A stretch of DNA of 64,000 bases from Macrostomum hystrix. Lineage: Eukaryota > Animalia > Platyhelminthes. The position numbers and the translations under genes were made by a program. Shown here piece after piece: positions 56,068-64,000 of this stretch. Where the stretch lies: NCBI GenBank assembly GCA_950097015.1, contig CATNEN010000011.1, forward strand, positions 2,046,001 to 2,110,000, in the 5' to 3' direction. Each line of letters opens with the position of its first letter. Within the stretch, counting starts at the first letter, position 1. The notes below the pieces were generated by a model. It was given only the letters and a program-made list of their open reading frames with translations, did not search any database and was not told where the DNA came from.

Positions 56068-59000
56068 ATGGCCTCTGGTGACACCGCTGGCGACAGGGAC
56101 CACGTTGAAGGTAATCTGACTGCAGGCATGCGGCTTTAAGCCATGTTAGAACTTCGTCAAGTCCTTCAACCAGTGTTCTATAGTCACTGGTCAAGTCCTT
56201 CAACCAGTGTTCTATAGTCACTGGTCAAGTCCTTCAACCAGTGTTCTATAGTCACTGGTCAAGTCCTTCAACCAGTGTTCTATAGTCACTGGACAAGTCC
56301 TTCAACCAGTGTTCTATAGTCACTGGTCAAGTCCTTCAACCAGTGTTCTATAGTCACTGGTCAAGTCCTTCAACCAGTGTTCTATAGTCACTGGTCAAGT
56401 CCTTCAACCAGTGTTCTATAGTCACTGGTCAAGTCCTTCAACCAGTGTTCTATAGTCACTGGTCAAGTCCTTCAACCAGTGTTCTATAGTCACTGGTCAA
56501 GTCCTTCAACCAGTGTTCTATAGTCACTGGACAAGTCCTTCAACCAGTGTTCTCAGACACTGGACAAGTCCTTCAACCAGTGTTCTCAGTCACTGGACAA
56601 GTCCTTCAACCAGTGTTCTCAGTCACTGGACAAGTCCTTCAACCAGTGTTCTCAGACACTGGACAAGTCCTTCAACCAGTGTTCTCAGACACTGGACAAG
56701 TCCTTCAACCAGTGTTCTCAGACACTGGACAAGTCCTTCAACCAGTGTTCTCAGACACTGGACAAGTCCTTCAACCAGTGTTCTCAGTCACTGGTCAAGT
56801 CCTTCAACCAGCGTTCTATAGTCACTGGACAAGTCCTTCAACCAGTGTTCTCAGTCACTGGTCAAGTCCTTCAACCAGCGTTCTCAGTCACTGGACAAGT
56901 CCTTCAACCAGTGTTCTATAGTCACTGGACAAGTCCTTCAACCAGTGTTCTATAGTCACTGGACAAGTCCTTCAACCAGTGTTCTATAGTCACTGGTCAA
57001 GTCCTTCAACCAGTGTTCTCAGTCACTGGTCAAGTCCTTCAACCAGTGTTCTCAGTCACTGGTCAAGTCCTTCAACCAGTGTTCTATAGTCACTGGACAA
57101 GTCCTTCAACCAGTGTTCTCAGTCACTGGACAAGTCCTTCAACCAGTGTTCTATAGTCACTGGACAAGTCCTTCAACCAATCAACAACTCAGTCAACCAG
57201 TGTTCTATAGTCTCTGGACAAGTCCTTCAACCAATCAACAACTCAGTCAACCAGTGTTCTCAGTCAACAGACAAAAACTCCAGACAGTGTCCTGAGTCAT
57301 CTTAAATCAATTTTTTATTCGCAGTGACGCTTCAACCAGCCGACGATCAGCCAGGTACTTCGCTAACTGGCGGCGATGCTCGTCAGCAGCGCCGTCCGCA
57401 GCGCGGCAAACGTCGGCCACATCGCGCTAGTCAGAGTCGTCGTCCGCTGCTGTCAGGCGGTGGCGACGGCGCGGGCGCAGTGTTCGAGGGCGGCAAAGAC
57501 GAGGACCTATTGAACAGTGACGACAATTATGACGACAGCTCGGACAGTGACTTGGACACGGAGCACAGTTTCCGCGTGATCCGCCCGGTCTATACTCAGC
57601 AGCAGTTCGACGAGAAGCACGGAGGCCGCCTAGTTCGCAAGCCGCTGCTCACCAGACTGAAGGACAGCGCCAAAAAAGTGGCCCCAGGTGGATCTGCTGA
57701 TCATTGCGGCGTCGACAGTGTCACCTCTCATCTGCTGCGCCTCCTGCCATTCATTGGAATACTCAGGCAGTACAACGTCAAGGAGTGGCTGCTGGCAGAC
57801 TTCATCTCTGGTGGGTGTCTCTGACCAGTCAGTTAGTGTTTGTTTGTCATTTAGTTGGTTAGTTTTTTATTTGGTTGTTTTTGTTTGTTTGGTTTGGCGG
57901 TTAATTAGTTCGTTGTTTGTTTGTTTGGCTGTCTTGTCTGTTAGTTAATTATTTAGTTAGCCAGTTCGTTTTTGTTTGTTTGTTTGTTGTTTATTTAGTT
58001 AGTTATTTAGCTAGTTATTTATTTAGTTACTTAATTAGTTCTTTATTTAGTTAGTTAGTTATTTAGCTAGTTATTTTGTTTGTTTGTTTGCTTGTGCATG
58101 AAGAAGTAGATCTTGATCCAGTTTTAGTTGCCTACTCGTTAGTTGCACTTTTCTGGGACAATATTTACAATCTACTCGAATTTCATAGCTTTTTATCTCA
58201 ATCAAACCCATCGTCTCATTCATAAAAGTGACAAAGCGACGACAAGATCTGACGAAGTGATGTCGAGAATTTCTTTCAAATACGAGCGTGTCTTTAGATT
58301 TCGTGACATCGAGCGAACACGAACAGCTCTCATTGATTTTCTACTGGCTAAGCGGGGAAGAATCCTGGGAAAAACAAGCCCTGAAATTCACACCCTGACA
58401 TTGAGTGGGATCAACGAGAAAATGGGAAGATGGGAAGAAGTCTTGGGCGAAAGAAAAGTCAGGAAGAAGGGTTGGAGAATTTTTTCATTTAAAACACTGG
58501 TAGAGTGCTAATGCGCTGGTATGTACGAGCGTAGCAGTATTACCATTTAATAATATTTTGTATAGTTGCAGGCAATTCTTCCCATTTTGCTGACTCCTGA
58601 GCACACACGCTCACATAGGTGTGTACATCTGCCCTGACTTTCTCATCGTCAGGATTGCCTGCAGTGTACACTCTCACTGTGCCTTGGAGTTTGACCTTCA
58701 AGGGGCGTAAATTGCACGACAAGCCCCCAAGCCTTCTCGCCGCAAATGTACGAGAAATAAATGTCTCGTATGTGGCCTCGCCGCGGAATCGAGCTCAGGG
58801 ACCTTGGCGCGCTGTTATTACCAAGATGCAGGTAAATTGATCAGCTCAACACCACCCACCTACCCTGACCCCACAGGCCTGACCGTGGGCATCATGCACA
58901 TTCCTCAGGGCATGGCCTACGCATTCCTAGCCGAGTTACCACCTTACATTGGCCTGTACACGTCGTTCTTTCCGCCGTTGATCTACTTCTTTTTCGGCAC

Positions 59001-61700
59001 CTCGCGTCAGGTTTCCATGGGAACGCTGGCTATTATATCGCTGCTTGTTGGCGGCTTGGTTAGTAAGAACTATCCGAGACCATTGAGCACCTCAACTGGA
59101 CTTGGCAGTCTGACTAATGAGTCTGTGGCCGAGTTGACGGACTTCAACATCACGGGGACGCTGGCGGACATTGGGCCGAGCTCGCCCTTCCAGTGGAGCT
59201 CAGATCCCATTAATCGCAATCGGGTTGCTTTGGCTTGCGTTGCCTGCCTGTGCGTTGGACTCATTCAGGTGAGCTGTATAGCTTTTGGAACTGTTAGATG
59301 GAATCGTTTTTCATCATGTTAGACTCGATTGTGATCCTGTTAGACATAATTTTCATTCTGTTAGACATGATTGCCATCCTGTTTGGCAGGCGTTAAAATC
59401 CTATTAGACATCGTTAAGATCCTGTCAGGCATCGTTAAGATCCTGTTAGACATTGTTAAGATCCTGTTAGACATTGTTAAGATCCTGTTAGACATTGTTA
59501 AGATCCTGTTAGACATTGTTAAGATCCTGTTAGACATTGTTAAGATCCTGTTAGACATTGTTAAGATCCTGTTAGACATTGTCAAGATCCTGTTAGACAT
59601 TGTTAAGATCCAGTTAGACATCGTTAAGATCCTGTCAGGCATCGTTAAGATCCTGTTAGACATTGTTAAGATCCTGTTAGACATCGTTAAGATCCTGTTA
59701 GACATTGTTAAGATCCTGTTAGACATCGTTAAGATCCTGTTAGACAGGCTTATAATCCTGTTAGACATCTAAGCACTGCAAACTGTTATCCGCCAATTCT
59801 CCCAAATCCCCTCAGCTGGCCATGGGCATTCTGCGGCTAGGATTTCTCACCCGCTACCTCAGCGATCCCCTGATCTCCGGCTTCACAATGGGAGTGGCGA
59901 TACACGTCTTCTCCAGCCAGATCAAATACGTTCTCGGCATTAAAGTGGCCAGTCGCAATGGAGTGTTCAGCCTTCCGCTGGTGAGTAGGGTTTGAGCTCT
60001 GCCTCATCAATCAGTGCCGGGGCTAGGGTTTGAGGAAAAGTTCTCCCAGTTCCTGGTATAAAAAATCCTAATTTATTTCGGAGCTAGCTAATGGAACTAA
60101 TCCCAGGTCCGGGCCATCTCGCTTCCCATTTAGGAATGGGGAGATCATTTTCCGCTGGATTTACTGCCGACATGGGATAATGCTGCGTACATATGCATGG
60201 ACAGCATTTCCCCGGGGCTAAATGAAATGCACCTCCGGCTTTGCTTTCCTGATCGGAAAAAGTTTGTTAATTAACTCAAGGATAGAAACGAAAATTAGCT
60301 AGAGAATTTGGCTGCAATGCCAGAAAATCGGTTATGTTGATCTTTTTAACATGTTGAAACATCCGTTTTATTCGTTTCTTTTTAGAATCCGTTAATTTAG
60401 TTACAGAATTGCTATGTTGATTTCCTATTTTCTTTTACTTAACAAACGTTACTTCATAACTTGCTTTTAATTCGTTGCTTTTAATATTTACTTTCAGAGT
60501 CCGTTATTATTGTTTTTTATTTCCAACTTCCATAACCCGTTACTTTTGTTAGTTAACTAAACTTTAGTTATTTTCTTATCGTAAATAAATAAATTGTGCA
60601 AAGCCGTGACTTTTATCGTTACTTTTAAATTTAGATTGGACAGCAGCATTTACTTCAGCATGTTTTAATTGAGATTCACTTTGGCATTTTGCAGCACTAC
60701 TTTGATCTACTGCGCAATATTGACAAGACCAACTTTGTAACCGTGGGTATTGCCGTTGTGTCGATTGTGATCCTCTACGTTACCAAGGAGTACATCAATC
60801 CCAGGGTGAAGAAGCGCATAAAGGCTCCGCTGCCTATTGAGCTGCTCATTGTGAGGCTAAGTCTGAGCACTGCTGGTTAATTCAAATTTATTTGCATATA
60901 TATTGTGTCCGGATTGGGATTGTTGTTTATCAAATGTTAATTTTCAGGTCACCCTAGGCACCGTGCTGTCTTACTTCCTGGATTTGAAGAAGAACTACAA
61001 TGTCAACATTGTGGGAAAGATACCGACTGGGTGAGTGGCTTTCTATATCAGGAGTTGACAGTACCAGATGAGATACGGGAGAGATGAGACTGGGGAGAGA
61101 TGAGACTAGGGAGAGATGAGATACGGGGAGAGATGAGACTGGGGAGAGATGAGACTAGGGAGAGATGAGACTAGGGAGAGATGAGACTGGGGAGAGATGA
61201 GACTGGGGAGAGATGAGACTGGGGAGAGATGAGACTAGGGAGAGATGAGACTGGAGAGATGAGACTAGGGAGAGATGAGACTGGAGAGATGAGACATAGG
61301 AGAGATGAGACACGGAAGGGATGAGAAATAGGAGAGATGAGACACGGAAGGGATGAGAAATAGGAGAGATGAGACACGGAAAAGATTAGACACGAGAGAG
61401 ATGTGATAAAAAATAGATTCGACAGGGGAGAGATGAGGCACGATAACAATAACAGTACCTCAATAACAATGAGACTGGTCGATTGGATCAAAGGCATTCA
61501 AAAGGATTTTTATTATCGCGCATGTCACTCCGCCCATCCGAACCAACAGAATACCTCCGCCTGAGTTGCCCGACTTCAGCATACTCAAGGCCTCCATGGC
61601 TGTGGACATTATCACCATCGCCATCATCGCCTTCTCAGTGTGCGTCTCGCTGGCTAAAATCTTTGGCAAGAAGCACAACTACGAAGTGGCGCCTAGTCAG
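56068..61700 (+). CDS. SLC26/SulP anion transporter (prestin/SLC26A-like), 5' part; exons 56068-56110, 57325-57810, 58877-59268, 59816-59980, 60695-60850, 60948-61030, 61550-61700; continues beyond the window
   Basis: LP...L.QYNVKEWLLADFISG|LTVGIMHIPQGMAYAFLAELPPYIGLYTSFFP.LIYFFFGTSR.VSMG (SLC26 signature), YLSDPLISGFT.G.A.HVF.SQ, PIELLIV, VGKIPTG and SVCVSLAKIF.KKHNY. All splice phases match. The first exon and start codon are less certain. Confidence 0.88.
56150..57290 (+). repeat. 34-bp minisatellite (caaccagtgttctatagtcactggtcaagtcctt and variants), ~30 copies, SLC26 intron 1
   Basis: Direct inspection; internal inverted repeat ccagtg/cactgg. Confidence 0.95.
57830..58095 (+). repeat. 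T-rich low-complexity (gttt/agtt)n tract, SLC26 intron 2
   Basis: Direct inspection. Confidence 0.8.
58555..58830 (-). mobile_element. Longest copy of the dispersed SINE-like repeat, SLC26 intron 2
   Basis: Minus strand begins ...ccaaggtccctgagctcgattccgcggcgagg (B-box-like head) and contains both segments seen at 45570-45700 and 49770-49895. Confidence 0.6.
59335..59770 (+). repeat. 21-bp minisatellite (gttaagatcctgttagacatt), ~18 copies, SLC26 intron 3
   Basis: Direct inspection. Confidence 0.95.
61066..61450 (+). repeat. ~20-bp purine-rich minisatellite (gagagatgagact[a/g]gg), SLC26 intron 6
   Basis: Direct inspection. Confidence 0.9.
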
Positions 61701-61713
61701 GTGAGTGGTTACA

Positions 61714-61808
61714 GTCTGTATGACCGATTGATGGGATTGACTAGTCTGTATGACCGATTGATGGGATTGACTAGTCTGTATGACCGATTGATGGGATTGA
61801 CTAGTCTG
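61714..61808 (+). repeat. 30-bp minisatellite (gtctgtatgaccgattgatgggattgacta), ~3 copies, interrupted by an LTR
   Basis: Direct inspection. Confidence 0.9.
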
Positions 61809-62116
61809 TATGACCGATTGATGGGATTGACTAGTCTGTGTGAAGAATTGAGAGAACCAGTCAGCGGTTTAATTGTCAGAAAAGTACGCGCTCACACTCG
61901 CATGCAGCGCGGGTCATTTATATTATTTTATCAGCACGTTGGCATCAATGTACATATATTATGAACTGGATTAATGTACATACTGGCTTGGACAGGCAGG
62001 TAATAATTTAACAACGTGCTAAATGAAACGTTGCACGTGCAACGTACAACGTGCTAATACGAGTATAGGACTAAATGAAAGGTTAGAATATTTTTATAAG
62101 CAGCGGAGCTCTCACA
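61809..62116 (-). mobile_element. 3' LTR (~308 bp) of the Ty3/gypsy element
   Basis: Bounded by TGTGA...TCACA inverted termini. On the minus strand it is immediately preceded by the polypurine tract GAGGAAGAAAA (62117-62127). Contains a TATA-like ttataaaa and an attaaa. Confidence 0.75.
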
Positions 62117-64000
62117 TTTTCTTCCTCAAGGGAGTTTGACGCAAATATAAGCAACAATAGAAATAAGAATCGACAAATAGCAATAGAAAATATTATGAGC
62201 AAATAGTATAGAATAGCAGCGAAATACTCGTACATATGAAGGTTCTGATTGTCAGTCACTAGCGCAAAATCATTGATTAGTCAACTTGAAGCTGCAACCT
62301 GTCGGGCCGATTTCGGATCCGCTCGGGGTAGCGCCTCACCGAGCTGCCCGGTGGCTCAGCAGCCGCTGACGTTGGCACTGAAGCCGAGTCCGGAGCATTC
62401 GAAGTCCCGCTAGCCGCATTCGATACCACTGGCGCCCGGTCTGTTCCAGGCTCGACCTCAGGTTGCACTGACACGATCGATGGTGCAGCTGCACGAGCTG
62501 AGCACCGCGGACTAGAGTCGATGGTGGCAGACGGCATGGTCGGCTCGGACAGCATCTGGTCGATGTGGCGTCGTACGATGCCGTCGCCGACCTGGACGTC
62601 ATAGTTGCGCTGGGCCGCAGAAACCGCGGTACCGGACACCCAGCCGGCGTCCTTGCCGAAGCCCTTGACTCGAACGATGTCGCCGACCTCGAAGGGTCGG
62701 GAAGACCGCCCTGACTGCGCCGCGGCGTCCTGCCGATCTCGAACCCGGTCCACCACTGACGGCCGCAGGAGGTCCAACCTGGAGCGCAGCCGGCGCCCGA
62801 ATAGCAGCTCGCTGGGAGACACGCCGGTTGTTGAATGCGGCGTGATTCGGTATGCGAACAGGAAGTTTTGCAGCGCCGCGGCAGAGTGACCGGACTTTCT
62901 GATGTGCAGCTTCAGCGTCTGGACGAACCGCTCGGCTTGGCCGTTGGTTGCCGGATGGTATGGCGCCGATGTTATGTGTCGAATGCCGTTGCGGCTGGCG
63001 AATTCAGAGAACTCCTTTGACGAGAACTGTGGACCGTTATCGGAGACTAGTATGCGAGGTAGACCCAGGTGGCTGAAGACGTCTCGCAGATGAGCGATGG
63101 TGCTGCCGGCCGAAGTGTCAGTCATCTATCGAACCTCTGGCCACTTGCTGTGCGCATCGATGATAATCAGATAGACTCGCCCGTCGACAGGGCCGGCGAA
63201 ATCGACGTGAACACGGCTCCAAGGCTCGCTGGGAAATAGCCACGGGTGCGTTGGAGCCTTGATCGGATCAGCCTGATGAGCTTTGCAGGTTTCGCATGTT
63301 CGTGCCAGCTGCTCCAGCTCCTTGTCGAGCCCCGGCCACCAGACGAAGCTGCGTGCCAGGGCCTTCATTCGATTAGCACCTGTGTGCGACAGGTGCAACT
63401 CGCGTAAAACAGACTCACGCAGCGCTTCAGGGATGACCACTCGAGCTCCCCAGAGCAGACAGCCGACTTCGATCGTCAACTCGTGCTGTCGCTGAGCGAA
63501 GTCTGGGAACTCGGTGCCTTGCAGCTTCTCGCCGGACAGCAGAGCTCGCAGCAGCCTGGACATTGTAGGGTCCGCCTGAGTTGCTTTGGCGATCGCAGCA
63601 GCCGTCAGTGCGGCGTTGGAGTCCTCCACTAGCAGGAGCGAATGCACTGCCTCCTCCTCGTTGAAGGTTCCGCGCAGAGGCAAACGAGACAGGGAGTCGC
63701 AGTTCGAATGCTTCTCTGTAGGTCTGAACTCCATCGAGTACTGGTAGCCAGAGAGCCGAATGGCCCATCGCTGCATTCGGGCGGCCGCCCGGGTCGGAAT
63801 CTCCTTGTCTGGGCCGAGCAGTCCCAGCAGCGGTTGATGATCCGTGATGATTGTGAAATGACGGCCGTATAGGAACTGATGGAATCGATGGACACCATAG
63901 ATGATGGCTAGAGCCTCTTTGTCAAGCTGCGAGTAGTTGCGTTGTGCTGGCGTCAACGACTTGCTCGCGAACGCGACTGCGTGATCTCGGCCGTCCACGC
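61809..64000 (-). mobile_element. Ty3/gypsy LTR retrotransposon (K02A2.6-like pol), antisense in SLC26 intron 7; 5' part outside the window
   Basis: RNase H-like (AFASKSLT.AQRNYSQLDKEALAII.GV.RFHQFLYGR.F...TDH), H2C2 zinc finger (LHLSH.G...C.TC) and integrase core D-D-E (VHVDFAGP, LVSDNGPQF, NGQAERFV). One in-frame TAG at 63128-63126. Confidence 0.93.

Noticed and set aside
63120-63135. Programmed readthrough at the TAG in gypsy pol
   Set aside because: The stop lies inside the integrase core rather than at a gag-pol junction; a nonsense mutation is simpler.

Overview
Eukaryotic (metazoan) genomic DNA with GT-AG introns and many minisatellite-filled introns. The style suggests a free-living flatworm such as Macrostomum; this is inference, not a database result. 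Main content: (1) a complete RNF213/mysterin-like giant AAA+ ATPase/E3 ligase gene (2659-28322, +). I reconstructed 22 phase-consistent exons (16,308 nt, about 5,435 aa), including a 35-nt micro-exon absent from the ORF track that carries the first half of the catalytic RZ finger. (2) An internally deleted Crypton-like (DUF3504-type tyrosine-recombinase) element in RNF213 intron 8. (3) A head-to-head ciliary gene pair, TCTEX1D2/DYNLT2B (-) and ENO4 (+), sharing a 417-bp spacer with two RFX X-box-like motifs. (4) A DOMON + cytochrome b561 (FRRS1-like) gene. (5) A decayed, very divergent, apparently tandem HSP70 unit with a period of about 1.79 kb, not recognisable from the ORF track alone. (6) A 4-exon bombesin/CCHamide-type neuropeptide GPCR (-). 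(7) The 5' part of an SLC26 anion-transporter gene, whose intron 7 holds an antisense Ty3/gypsy retrotransposon inserted in a minisatellite. More than 20 tandem-repeat arrays are present; several share core motifs and most intronic ones start next to the splice donor. No CRISPR, rRNA or bona fide tRNA gene was found.
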